Of a DNA stretch of 64,000 bases, positions 1-11,124 are shown in pieces. The DNA is taken from assembly GCA_016219925.1 (NCBI GenBank), contig JACRJU010000003.1:22505-86504 (forward strand), in the 5' to 3' direction. This stretch comes from Candidatus Uhrbacteria bacterium. Lineage in GTDB: Bacteria; Patescibacteriota; Patescibacteriia; UBA9934; GWF2-40-263. Position 1 is the first letter of the stretch, and every line of letters begins with the position of its first letter. The translations under genes were made by a program, and so were the position numbers. The notes under the pieces are model-generated. The model searched no databases and was not told the origin of the DNA. It was given only the letters and a program-made list of their open reading frames with translations.

Positions 1-40
1 CGCAGTTGCGCCGTTATCTACCGACGAAGAAAACGTAACT

Positions 41-406
41 ATGCCTGATTCGCGGCGGGAGTGGGGAACCGATATTGAAAAAGCCATCGCCGTGCATTTG
101 GAAGGGCAGGGGTACACGATTTTAGCTCATCAATACCAAACCCCTTATGGTGAAATCGATCTGGTCTGCCGCGATGGGGACGAGATCGTTTTTGTTGAAG
201 TGAAGGCTCGACGGTCGAGAGCGTTCGGATACCCCGAAGAGAGTGTCACGACTCGCAAGCTCGGGCATCTCGTCAAATCCGCGCAGAGTTATCTTCAGCG
301 CCTCGATGCCGATCAGGCTTGGCGGATTGATGTCATTGCTGTGGAAGCTGGAACCTCCTTCGGCATCGAGCACATAAAAGCGGTTGACATCCCCAACCGG
401 TTTTGA
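41..406 (+). CDS. yraN: YraN family (UPF0102) endonuclease
   Basis: 121 aa; motif GEIDLVCRDGDEIVFVEVKARRS matches the Holliday-junction-resolvase-like YraN core. Confidence 0.8.
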   Translation: MPDSRREWGTDIEKAIAVHLEGQGYTILAHQYQTPYGEIDLVCRDGDEIVFVEVKARRSRAFGYPEESVTTRKLGHLVKSAQSYLQRLDADQAWRIDVIAVEAGTSFGIEHIKAVDIPNRF

Positions 407-474
407 TACTCTTTTAGAGTTGTTGAACCTGTCGAAAGACGGGTTCATTTAATAAAAAGGATCTGATTCCAACT

Positions 475-1704
475 ATGTCCTCTCCCATTGAACAAGCTAT
501 TCGACAAATCGTTGAAGAAAAAGGTCTCCAATATGAGGCGGTGATGGATGCGATTGAATCGGCTCTTGCCGCGGCCTATCGCAAAGATTTTGGTGACAAA
601 AATCAAAACACGGAAGTCAAATTTGATCCCTCCAACGGCACCATGCAAGTGTGGGACATCAAGACGGTTGTCGAGGATATGGACCTCGAAGAATTGGAAC
701 GGCTCGAAGAAGAGCGGCGTATGCGCGCCGAAGAGTTGGCGAAGAAAGTTGAAGAGGCGCGAAAAAGTGGCGAGGAGCTTCCGGCGATTTCGATTGAGGA
801 AGATTTGGGGCCGCGATTCAATCCAAAAACAGACCTCATGATTTCTGAGGCAAAAATTTTGAAACATGACGCGCAGATTGGTGACATCATTCGAAGCGAA
901 CTGCCGCAACCAGAAGAATTCGGTCGCATGGCCGCGATGACCGCCAAACAGGTGATCACGCAAAAATTGCGCGAAGCCGAGCGTGAGGTGGTGTTCAACG
1001 AGTACAAAGAGCACGAAGGTGAATTACTGAACGGAACCGTCCAGCGCCGAGAAGGCCGCGTTGTGCTTGTGGATCTGGGTCGAACGACCGCGATTATGCG
1101 CGCAGAGGATCAGATGCAATTTGAACGTTACAATCCAGGTGATCGGATCAAGGTCTTTGTGCGCCAGGTGGGTCTTACGACTAAAGGACCGGAGATTCTC
1201 GTTTCGCGCACCGCGGATGAAATGGTGCGTCGATTGTTTGAGATTGAAATCCCCGAAGTCGCTGATGGATTGGTCGAGATCAAGGCGATTGCCCGCGAGG
1301 CAGGCTCGCGCTCTAAAGTTGCTGTGTTTACATCTGACGATTCCATTGATCCGATCGGCGCGTGCATCGGCCAACGCGGCACACGCATCCAAACGATCAT
1401 CTCTGAAATGGGTGGAGAAAAAGTCGACATTGTCGAGTGGAGTGAGAATGCGGTTCAATACATCACCCACGCGCTCTCTCCAGCCAAAGTCGTTAAAGTT
1501 GATTTGGACGAAAAAGAGCATAACGCGGCTGTGAAAGTGCAAGAAGATCAGCTTTCGCTCGCGATTGGTAAGGGAGGACAAAATGTCCGGCTCGCCGCGC
1601 GATTGACCGGATGGAAAATCAATATTGCTGGGGCGGAAATTGAGACTCCCGTCGAGTCCGCTCCAGAACCAGCCGCTGTGACAGAAGACCCTAAGGAGGA
1701 ATAA
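475..1704 (+). CDS. nusA: Transcription termination/antitermination factor NusA
   Basis: 409 aa; S1 domain followed by two KH domains (IGACIGQRGTRIQTI and LAIGKGGQNVRLAARLTGWKINI); short Gram-positive-type form lacking the AR repeats. Confidence 0.9.
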   Translation: MSSPIEQAIRQIVEEKGLQYEAVMDAIESALAAAYRKDFGDKNQNTEVKFDPSNGTMQVWDIKTVVEDMDLEELERLEEERRMRAEELAKKVEEARKSGEELPAISIEEDLGPRFNPKTDLMISEAKILKHDAQIGDIIRSELPQPEEFGRMAAMTAKQVITQKLREAEREVVFNEYKEHEGELLNGTVQRREGRVVLVDLGRTTAIMRAEDQMQFERYNPGDRIKVFVRQVGLTTKGPEILVSRTADEMVRRLFEIEIPEVADGLVEIKAIAREAGSRSKVAVFTSDDSIDPIGACIGQRGTRIQTIISEMGGEKVDIVEWSENAVQYITHALSPAKVVKVDLDEKEHNAAVKVQEDQLSLAIGKGGQNVRLAARLTGWKINIAGAEIETPVESAPEPAAVTEDPKEE

Positions 1705-1706
1705 CT

Positions 1707-2447
1707 ATGGGATGGTTTCACACGCTCCTGATCGTTCCCATCTTTAACCTGCTCGTTTTTTTCTACGACATCATTCCTGGCAAGGACATGGGGGTCGCGA
1801 TTATTTTGCTCACGATTCTCATTAAGCTCATCTTGTGGCCGTTCATGAATTCTTCTCTCAAGTCTCAAAAAGCCTTGCAGGAGATTCAGCCGAAGATTGA
1901 AGAGTTGAAGGTGACGCACAAGGATGATAAAGAGGGACTCGCAAAGGCCATGATGGAGTTGTATAAGGTAGAAAAGGTCAGTCCGTTTGCGTCGTGTTTG
2001 CCGATGCTCGTGCAATTTCCGATTTTGATCGCTTTGTACCGTGTGCTTTTGCAAGGGTTTGATCCTTCCGCGCTTGGACAGCTCTATCCGTTCATTCCAA
2101 ATCCCGGAACAATCGAACCGCACTTTCTGGGTTTTCTTAATTTGGGAGTGCCGAATATTTGGCTGGCTTTGATTGCGGGAGTCTTCCAGTTCTTCCAAAC
2201 GCGCATGCTGACGACGGGCAAACCCCCTAAGCAAGTGCAGGGAACAGCGGGTGCCAAAGACGAAACCATGTTGGCGTCCATGAATAAATCCATGTTGTAT
2301 TTCATGCCAGCGGTGACGGTGCTCATCGGCGCACGATTGCCGGGTGGTCTCGCTTTGTACTGGGTGACGGTGACGGTGTTTTCGCTGGTGCAGCAGATCG
2401 TGGTCTTCAAACAAAAACAGAGAAGCAAAGAAGTCAAAACGATTTAA
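1707..2447 (+). CDS. yidC: Membrane protein insertase YidC/Oxa1 (short form)
   Basis: 246 aa, polytopic; conserved YidC C-terminal motifs (LPMLVQFPILIALY, GGLALYWVTVTVFSLVQQ); basic C-terminal tail. Confidence 0.8.
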   Translation: MGWFHTLLIVPIFNLLVFFYDIIPGKDMGVAIILLTILIKLILWPFMNSSLKSQKALQEIQPKIEELKVTHKDDKEGLAKAMMELYKVEKVSPFASCLPMLVQFPILIALYRVLLQGFDPSALGQLYPFIPNPGTIEPHFLGFLNLGVPNIWLALIAGVFQFFQTRMLTTGKPPKQVQGTAGAKDETMLASMNKSMLYFMPAVTVLIGARLPGGLALYWVTVTVFSLVQQIVVFKQKQRSKEVKTI

Positions 2448-2494
2448 TGGTGAGCGGAGCCTCGGGCTCCGCTTTTGTGTTAAGATGATCGGGT

Positions 2495-3421
2495 ATGCCT
2501 TCCGCAAGCGATCTTGAACTCGCCATTTTCCGAACGCTTTGTTGGTTTTCGGTTGTGGATATCCCTCTGACGTCTTTTGATGTTTGGAAGTGGCTTTTGG
2601 CTCCGTGTCGCGGGTACGAATTATTTGAAGTGGACCGTTGTCTGACAAACAGCATCTGGCTTTCGTCGCGTATGGACCATTTAGATGGATGGTATGCGCT
2701 CAAGCATAAGTCGCTTGAACAGATGCTTCAGAGTCGGCGCACTCGGCTTCTCGATGCGTCGCGCAAGTTTAAGAAACTTCGGCGCGCGGCAGCGTTTTTT
2801 CAGTTGTTGCCGGGCGTTCGCGCGGTGTTTGCGGTGAACACGCTCGCGTGGTGGCACACCCAGCGCACAAGCGATATTGATCTTTTTATTGTGACAGCAC
2901 CGGGTCAGGTGTGGTCTTCGCGGTTTTTTTTGGTCCTTCCTTTTTTGCTCGCGGGCGCTCGACCTCATCATTTTTCCCATGTCGATTCTGTTGATCCTTT
3001 TTGTTTCAGTTTTTTTTGTGCCTCTTCCGCTTTGGCTTTTGAGTCTCTCAAACGCGGAAGCCAAGATCCATATTTGGCGTATTGGATTAAATCCGTCGTT
3101 CCCATTTTCGATCGTGATGGGATTGCGGACATTTTTGATGAACACAACCGATGGGTCCATCGGTTACTTCCGCATGCGCGTGTACGCCGACCGCATCCAC
3201 AGCACCGCCCAGTGAAAGTGCCGGCCTTGCCGATTTCAGGGAAAATGTTTGAGCCGGTTTTACGATTTTTGCAACGCAAGAAATTTCCTCAAGCGATTCA
3301 GGGTTTAGCAAATTTGGATACGCGCGTCGTCATCAGCGACGAGATGCTGAAATTTCACGAGAATGATCGCCGGCAAGAGTTCGCGCAAGCCTTTGCTGAT
3401 ACGTATTCCCGTCTCGTATGA
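2495..3421 (+). CDS. Hypothetical protein (weak nucleotidyltransferase-like SDIDLFIV motif)
   Basis: 308 aa ORF with no firm family match; 4-nt overlap with the downstream membrane protein suggests co-transcription. Confidence 0.35.
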   Translation: MPSASDLELAIFRTLCWFSVVDIPLTSFDVWKWLLAPCRGYELFEVDRCLTNSIWLSSRMDHLDGWYALKHKSLEQMLQSRRTRLLDASRKFKKLRRAAAFFQLLPGVRAVFAVNTLAWWHTQRTSDIDLFIVTAPGQVWSSRFFLVLPFLLAGARPHHFSHVDSVDPFCFSFFCASSALAFESLKRGSQDPYLAYWIKSVVPIFDRDGIADIFDEHNRWVHRLLPHARVRRPHPQHRPVKVPALPISGKMFEPVLRFLQRKKFPQAIQGLANLDTRVVISDEMLKFHENDRRQEFAQAFADTYSRLV

Positions 3422-4698
3422 GGACTATGTGGTCACAACGATTGCTTCTGTTGAGTATTTTTTTGCTTCCTTGGCAAACGCTTTGGATTTTTTCCGTTGC
3501 CACGATCGGGGGAACTCCGGTTCCATACGGACGTTTTTCTCTTTATGGAACGCAGATTCTTCTTTTGTTGGCCGCGGCCCTTAGGGGTCGAGCGGAATAT
3601 CGAGTCGATTCGCGTTTTGTGATTCAAGGAGGATTTTTTATTTTGGCCGCGGAATTTTTTTCGCTGGCTTTTACGCCATTTTTCAAAATCGGCCTCGCCC
3701 ATGCCCTCCAATTAGTTTTTGCTTTTGTCTTGTTGTCGCTTCTGCTTGATATGCGCACCGACCTCAAGCGAGTTGCTTTCGCGTTTATATCAGGTCTTGT
3801 GATTTCCGCTGGCTTGGGTTTCTGGCAAGTCATCATCGGAAGCTCTTCCGCCGCGACTCTTTTTGGTTTATCAGCTCAACACGCGGCGGATCTTGGCACG
3901 GCCGTTGTCGAGACGACCAGCGGTCGAATGTTACGCGCCTATGGATCGTTTCCGCATCCGAATATTTTTGGGGGATATTTAGCCGTGAGTCTCTTGACTC
4001 TGGGATGGTTGCTTCGGTTTATGCGTACACGTTTGGCACTATGGGTTTTTGCGATCCCCGTCGTTATTTTGGTGAGCGCTTTTATTTTGACATTTTCTCG
4101 CGGGACATGGCTCGCTTTTGCCATAGCCAGCGTTGTTCTTTTCGTACAGATGGGTTTGTATCGCCGACTTCCTTCAAGGCGCGCCATAGGGATGATTGGC
4201 CTAGGAGCGATCACAGTTTTTTCTATAGCCTTTTTATTTAATGATCAGATTTTTGCGCGCTTGACCGCGCATGGCCGTATTGAAACAATCTCCATCATAG
4301 AGCGCACCTCCCAATACGCGGATTTTCGTGATCTCTTTTTATCTCACCCGATTTTCGGGGTGGGCGCGGGCGGATATGTGTTTGCGCTTTCGCGCGTTCA
4401 TCCGGGTGGGCAAGCGTTTAATTATCAACCCGTGCACAACGCTTTTGCCCTTGTGGCCGGGGAGCTTGGGCTTGTCGGCTTGGCCGCTGTGCTTTATCTA
4501 ATTTTTTGCATCGCGCGGTTATGGAGGACAAGCAAGAAAACTGCCGGTGGGATATTCAGCCTATCTTTGGGGGCTACGCTCATTGTTATCAGTCTGTTCG
4601 ATCACTATCTCTTTTCGCTGTGGCCCGGATTAGCGCTTGTTGTTCTGGTCATCGCGTTTATCGTTCAGTGGTCGCAGACGTTTATGGAACAGTCTTGA
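3418..4698 (+). CDS. O-antigen ligase/polymerase-like (Wzy_C family) polytopic membrane protein
   Basis: 426 aa, about 10-12 TM helices, FSRGTWLAFAIA motif typical of Wzy_C/O-antigen ligase proteins. Confidence 0.55.
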   Translation: MRTMWSQRLLLLSIFLLPWQTLWIFSVATIGGTPVPYGRFSLYGTQILLLLAAALRGRAEYRVDSRFVIQGGFFILAAEFFSLAFTPFFKIGLAHALQLVFAFVLLSLLLDMRTDLKRVAFAFISGLVISAGLGFWQVIIGSSSAATLFGLSAQHAADLGTAVVETTSGRMLRAYGSFPHPNIFGGYLAVSLLTLGWLLRFMRTRLALWVFAIPVVILVSAFILTFSRGTWLAFAIASVVLFVQMGLYRRLPSRRAIGMIGLGAITVFSIAFLFNDQIFARLTAHGRIETISIIERTSQYADFRDLFLSHPIFGVGAGGYVFALSRVHPGGQAFNYQPVHNAFALVAGELGLVGLAAVLYLIFCIARLWRTSKKTAGGIFSLSLGATLIVISLFDHYLFSLWPGLALVVLVIAFIVQWSQTFMEQS

Positions 4699-4722
4699 CA
4701 ATCGTTTTTTATTGAGTAAAAT
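4695..4722 (+). promoter_or_regulatory. sigma70-like promoter (TTGACA-16 nt-TAAAAT) upstream of groES
   Basis: TTGACA at 4695-4700 and TAAAAT at 4717-4722 (16-nt spacer), about 55 nt upstream of the groES start. Confidence 0.4.
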
Positions 4723-4730
4723 GATGTCGC

Positions 4731-4756
4731 TGGCACTCAAAAGAGGAGATTGCTAG
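4731..4756 (+). promoter_or_regulatory. CIRCE-like inverted repeat (putative HrcA operator) in the groES leader
   Basis: TGGCACTC-N9-GATTGCTAG against the CIRCE consensus TTAGCACTC-N9-GAGTGCTAA; 7/8 and 7/9 half-site matches with the exact 9-nt spacer, located between promoter and groES. Confidence 0.45.
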
Positions 4757-4778
4757 CGTATTTTAATCCCTCACGACT

Positions 4779-6702
<1,924 letters not shown>

Positions 6703-6704
6703 AG

Positions 6705-6830
6705 AGACCTTGCAAAACTCGCGATCTTTGCTTTCACGGGCACCCAGGCACCTCTTCAACGTCCGTTTGAGGACGTTTTCAGAGGATGCCAGCCCGTTCA
6801 AGCAAATCTCATCGAGTTTTGCAGAGGTCT
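6705..6830. repeat. MITE-like repeat element with 17-18 bp terminal inverted repeats (copy 1); second copy at 38855-38948
   Basis: The ends AGACCTTGCAAAACTCG ... CGAGTTTTGCAGAGGTCT are reverse complements. The internal GCGATCTTTGCT(T/C)TCACGGGCACCC is near-identical to the copy at 38855; copy 1 additionally contains the groEL terminator hairpin. Confidence 0.6.
6758..6780 (+). terminator. Rho-independent terminator after groEL
   Basis: AACGTCC-GTTTGA-GGACGTT stem-loop followed by TTTC. Confidence 0.5.
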
Positions 6831-6848
6831 GAAGATGCAAAGTTGAAA

Positions 6849-6875
6849 GACGGGGTCGAACGACCCCGTCTTTTG
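6849..6875 (+). terminator. Rho-independent terminator
   Basis: 10-bp GC-rich stem GACGGGGTCG/CGACCCCGTC followed by TTTT. Confidence 0.6.
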
Positions 6876-6954
6876 ATTGACATTCTCACAAAAAAATGTC
6901 ACTATTTTGCGTCGTCCTTTTCAGACGGCAGAGGGGTTCCATGTGAATCTTTCC

Positions 6955-7929
6955 ATGAGTCAAACTCAGGCTATGCGCCAGGCGCTCCGCCAAATGCTCA
7001 AGGTGGAGCTCTCCCTTGAACTGCGCCAGCTCCTTCGACAACTCCTCCAGCTCGTCGAGGAGTTGATCCAAGGGGACCTGACGATGCGATCTGTCCGCAC
7101 CTTCGAGCAGGCGATCGCCGAACATCAGGCGTGTGAGCTCGATGATGTAGCGCACGAATTGGTGCGCACTTCGCCAATCGAACGCACCCAGACCGTTTTG
7201 ACGGTGCTTGAGTACATCGTCGCGCATACTCGTGAGCCGAGCGATATGCTCGGTTTTCTCGCGCGCACGTTGCGGGAGAAGCGCTTGGAGCGCGCTTTGC
7301 CTGCCGCGCGCGTGGAGGAAGGACTGGCGCAGGGCATGCGGCTTGTTCTGCACAGGCCGTGGTCTCATTCCGGCGGTGGAAAGCCGGGGACTCCCGAGAA
7401 CCTCGTCAAACTTCTTCAAGCGATCCCGCAGTACGATGAGCATCTGGATCGTCAGCTGTGGGTATTGGCCGGCGGCTGGGCTGTTGAACTGCTCACCGGC
7501 GAGCACCTGCGCGATCATCACGATCTCGATGCACTCGTGCTCACTCGACGGCCACTCTATCTCGACTGCGACAAGGTGCACACCGACGACTACTTCGGCG
7601 TGATCTCAACCTCCAACCGCTTCATACGCGATCGGTGCATTCGTACGGTCGCATGGTCGCACGGTCGCCGCACGTTTCAGGTCGACGTACTGTGCGTCGA
7701 GTTCCTCTTCTGCTCGAAGTTTTTGCAGAAGCCCCGGCCGCAGGATTGGGAGGACGTTCAGCTTCTGACCCGCAAGTTCATCAAGACCTTCGACCTGCTC
7801 CTGCTTGAAGACATCGCCAAGCGTAACGCTTGCGGACTCTCGCGCTCCCGCGTGCGCGAACTGCTCGCGATCTTGCGCTCGCGCGATCCCGAGGCGGTCA
7901 TCGCCCAACTCTCGCGTTTCCACTCCTAG
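6955..7929 (+). CDS. Hypothetical protein with nucleotidyltransferase-like motif (GGWAVELLTG...HHDLDALV; Lnu/ANT-like)
   Basis: The ORF track starts at a TTG (6877); the first ATG in frame is 6955 (MSQTQAMRQ...). GC about 60%, above the genome background. The GGW-x-V-x-LL-x8-R-x-H-x-D-L-D pattern resembles minimal nucleotidyltransferases such as lincosamide/aminoglycoside NTases. Confidence 0.4.
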   Translation: MSQTQAMRQALRQMLKVELSLELRQLLRQLLQLVEELIQGDLTMRSVRTFEQAIAEHQACELDDVAHELVRTSPIERTQTVLTVLEYIVAHTREPSDMLGFLARTLREKRLERALPAARVEEGLAQGMRLVLHRPWSHSGGGKPGTPENLVKLLQAIPQYDEHLDRQLWVLAGGWAVELLTGEHLRDHHDLDALVLTRRPLYLDCDKVHTDDYFGVISTSNRFIRDRCIRTVAWSHGRRTFQVDVLCVEFLFCSKFLQKPRPQDWEDVQLLTRKFIKTFDLLLLEDIAKRNACGLSRSRVRELLAILRSRDPEAVIAQLSRFHS

Positions 7930-7965
7930 CCCAAACGGGCTTTTTTTGTTACTCTATGGGGTGCT

Positions 7966-8271
7966 ATGCCAACTCAAACAGAGAAGTTTGTGAGTGCGAT
8001 TGGATACTTGGGGGTTCTGTGTCTTGTTCCTTTGCTCTTGGAAAAACAAAGTGCCTTTGCCCAGCATCATGGGAAACAAGGGCTCGTGCTTCTCATTGCG
8101 TGGATCGTGTTGTGGATGGGAAACATCATTCCCGTTCTCGGCCAAATCGTCTGGGTGATTGGTTCGATTGTGTTCATCATGGTGATCATTTTGGGAATGG
8201 TGAATGCGTTTGAAGGGAAACTATGGGAGATGCCGATCCTTGGGGAGTATGCCAAGCGCGTGAAGTTATAG
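7966..8271 (+). CDS. Small membrane protein (DUF4870-like)
   Basis: 101 aa with 2-3 TM helices; FAQHHGKQGL motif typical of DUF4870-type small membrane proteins. Confidence 0.45.
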   Translation: MPTQTEKFVSAIGYLGVLCLVPLLLEKQSAFAQHHGKQGLVLLIAWIVLWMGNIIPVLGQIVWVIGSIVFIMVIILGMVNAFEGKLWEMPILGEYAKRVKL

Positions 8272-8438
8272 ATTTTGCATGCGATGCAGAACAGGACGTG
8301 AACTCTGTCGGGGAGATCGTTACGAGATATCGTGGGCGGGTGGCATGAGAAGTTCTCTGTTGTGAGGAAACGAACAATAGAGAACTTCTCATGACAGGCC
8401 CCGCCAGATGCTTCACACTAAATACTGAGTAAAAGTGT

Positions 8439-9561
8439 ATGAACGAACTCATCAATCATATCCAAGACCTCCGGGTGCGAGCACAAAACACCTGGAGGTC
8501 CCTTTGACGTCGATACCGTCAAAACGCAGCTCGCCGCGCTAGAGGCGCAAATGGAAGCCGCGGATTTTTGGTCCAACAGCGAGCAAGCAAAAAAAGTCAG
8601 CAAGCAAGCGAGTGAACTGCGCGAGGAAGTCGACCTTTGGGAAGGATTTTTGAAAGAACTCGATGAGAATCATGAGATGGCACAGCTCGCCGATCAAGAG
8701 CATGATGTTTCATTGCAAGAAGACCTCCAAAAAAAAATGAACGTTTTGGAGCGGAAGTTCGAACGGATGGAGTTCGCCATTTTGCTTGCGGGCCCGTATG
8801 ACAATCGTCCGGCTATTCTTTCTATTCACGCTGGCTCCGGCGGAACTGAAGCGCAAGATTGGACTGAGATGCTTTTGCGTATGTTCGTGCGCTTTGCCGA
8901 ACAACGGGATTGGACGGTGACGATTCTTCATGAGTCGCGCGCAGAAGATGTTGGCATCAAAAGCGTGACGATTCGTATTGAAGGTCGCTTTGCATACGGC
9001 TATCTCAAATCCGAAGCGGGAGTGCATAGGCTTGTGCGCATTTCGCCGTTCGATGCGGAAAAAATGCGCCATACCACTTTTGCGCTTGTGGAAGTCATTC
9101 CAGAACTGGATGAGGTTGATGCGATTGAGCTCGACCCCAAAGACTTGAGGATAGATACCTTTTTGGCCAGCGGCAAAGGCGGTCAAAGTGTCAATACGAC
9201 TTACTCGGCGGTGCGCATTGTGCATCTCCCCACCAATATTTCCGTTTCATGCCAAAACGAGCGTTCTCAACAGCAAAATAAGGAAACCGCGCTGAAGATT
9301 TTGAAATCGAAACTGATGCAGTTACAATTGCAAGAACAGGAAAAAGAGAAAAAACAGCTTCGCGGCGAGTATCAGTCGGCGGAATGGGGCAATCAAATTC
9401 GGTCCTACGTTTTGCATCCGTACAAGCTTGTCAAAGATCACCGGACGGATTATGAAACCACCGACACCGAAGCGGTGCTCTCCGGCGAGCTCGAGCCGTT
9501 TATGGAAGCGTATTTAAGAAAACAGCTTTCAGCATCAGATCGCTTTGCCGATCCTTCTTAG
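8439..9561 (+). CDS. prfB: Peptide chain release factor 2 with programmed +1 ribosomal frameshift
   Basis: Frame 0 reads ATG(8439) ... CTT TGA (stop at 8505-8507) after 22 codons, and the +1 frame continues into the 336-aa ORF (LDVDT...MEAADFW...). The canonical CTT TGA C shift site has an SD-like GGAGG 3 nt upstream. The downstream ORF has SPF-like and GGQ motifs (SGKGGQSVNTT). Confidence 0.9.
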
Positions 9562-9574
9562 TCCTTCTCTTATT

Positions 9575-10507
9575 ATGCCAAAATACAAAACAGCGCTTGT
9601 GACCGGAGGAGCGGGCTTCATTGGCTCGCATCTTGTGGATGCGCTCGTCCGGCGGCGCATTAAGGTCTATGTGGTTGATGATTTGTCGAGTGGGTCGTTA
9701 TCCAATCTCAATCCCAACGCTCACTTCACCAAACTATCCATCACCAATCCGCAGTTTACGACGTATTTGCGACGCCTCAAACCCGACGTCATTTTCCACT
9801 GCGCGGCGCAGATCAACGTCCGTCATTCCATCGTTGATCCTCCAAACGACGCGCAAACCAACATCATGGGGACGATTGCGCTTGCGCATACGGCCGCGCA
9901 AATCGGCGTCAAGAAAATCATTTTTTCCTCGACGGGCGGGGCGATGTATCCCGACCAAGCGCGCATGCCTGTTTCCGAACGAACGCCACCTCAACCGAGT
10001 TCGCCTTACGGTATCTCAAAGCGCGCCGCGGAAATGTATCTTTATCATGAGTATATCGTGCATGGCATGCCGTATGTCGCGTTGCGTTATGCCAACGTTT
10101 ATGGGCCGCGCCAGAACGCTAAAGGAGAGGCGGGGGTGATCACGATTTTTGCTAGTCACATGCTCGAAGGGAAACCTGTAAAGATTTTTGGTACAGGTAA
10201 GCAGACGCGCGATTATGTTTATGTGGAGGATATCGTCAAAGCCAACATGCTCGCCATGTCCCGCCATGTCGTTGGGGAATTTAATATCGGCACTGGAAAA
10301 GAGACGAACGTTAACGCGCTTTTTTCAAAACTCACGCATCTGACCGGCTATCAGATGCCAGCTCGGTATGAACCGTTTGTTTCCGGGGAGATGATGCGCA
10401 GTGCGCTGGACGCTCGTCTCGCGAAAAAAACGCTTGGGTGGGCGCCGCTTGTTTCACTTGATGAAGGTCTCAAAAAGACGGTCGCGTGGTTTTCTAAAAA
10501 AGCATGA
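9575..10507 (+). CDS. galE: NAD-dependent epimerase/dehydratase (UDP-glucose 4-epimerase-like)
   Basis: GxxGxxG Rossmann motif TGGAGFIGSHL at the N-terminus; YxxxK (YGISKRAAE) catalytic motif; about 310 aa from the MPKYK start. Confidence 0.8.
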   Translation: MPKYKTALVTGGAGFIGSHLVDALVRRRIKVYVVDDLSSGSLSNLNPNAHFTKLSITNPQFTTYLRRLKPDVIFHCAAQINVRHSIVDPPNDAQTNIMGTIALAHTAAQIGVKKIIFSSTGGAMYPDQARMPVSERTPPQPSSPYGISKRAAEMYLYHEYIVHGMPYVALRYANVYGPRQNAKGEAGVITIFASHMLEGKPVKIFGTGKQTRDYVYVEDIVKANMLAMSRHVVGEFNIGTGKETNVNALFSKLTHLTGYQMPARYEPFVSGEMMRSALDARLAKKTLGWAPLVSLDEGLKKTVAWFSKKA

Positions 10508-11124
10508 CGCCCCCTTTGTCTCATGATGATATTCAGGAGGCTGTTGCGGTTTTGAAAAACGGCGGAGTTGTGGTTTATCCGACCGAAACCGCTTATGGAC
10601 TCGCGGCAGACGCGACGAACGAACGGGCCGTAGAACGCGTAAGAGCCATCAAGGGAAGGGAAGCGTGGAAAACGCCACCGCTGATCGTTGCTGATAAGCA
10701 GATGGCCGAGCGTTATGTGATGCTTTCGTCTGTCCTGAACAAACTTGTACACGAATTGTGGCCGGGGCCGCTCACTATCGTGGCGCCAGTGAGTGATTTT
10801 GGACGACAAGAACTTGCGCAGGGGGTGATTCGTGATGGGACTGTGGCCCTGCGCGTAAGCTCGCACAAGATCGCAAGCGCGTTGAGCAGAGAACTTGGCA
10901 AACCGATCGTTGCTACTTCTGCCAACGTAGCCGGAGAGCCTACCTGTTTTGATATCGTTTGTGTACGCACACAGTTTGCCTCGCAACTTCTTCAACCGGA
11001 TTTTTTTCTTGATGAAGGTCCTTTGCCCGAGTGCAAGCCTTCGACGCTCATTGCAGAATGTGATGGGGAAGTGGTTATTCTTCGAGAAGGAGCTATCGAA
11101 ATAAAATATCCGTATGTTGCCTAG
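10504..11124 (+). CDS. tsaC: L-threonylcarbamoyladenylate synthase TsaC (YrdC/Sua5 family)
   Basis: 206 aa YrdC-domain protein: VVVYPTETAYGLAADATNERAVERVRAIKGR ... SANVAG. Confidence 0.85.
   Translation: MTPPLSHDDIQEAVAVLKNGGVVVYPTETAYGLAADATNERAVERVRAIKGREAWKTPPLIVADKQMAERYVMLSSVLNKLVHELWPGPLTIVAPVSDFGRQELAQGVIRDGTVALRVSSHKIASALSRELGKPIVATSANVAGEPTCFDIVCVRTQFASQLLQPDFFLDEGPLPECKPSTLIAECDGEVVILREGAIEIKYPYVA

Noticed and set aside
1548-2648. 366-aa minus-strand ORF
   Set aside because: Antisense to nusA and yidC, both strongly supported; no motifs.
6886-7581. 231-aa minus-strand ORF
   Set aside because: Antisense shadow of the GC-enriched hypothetical gene at 6955-7929.
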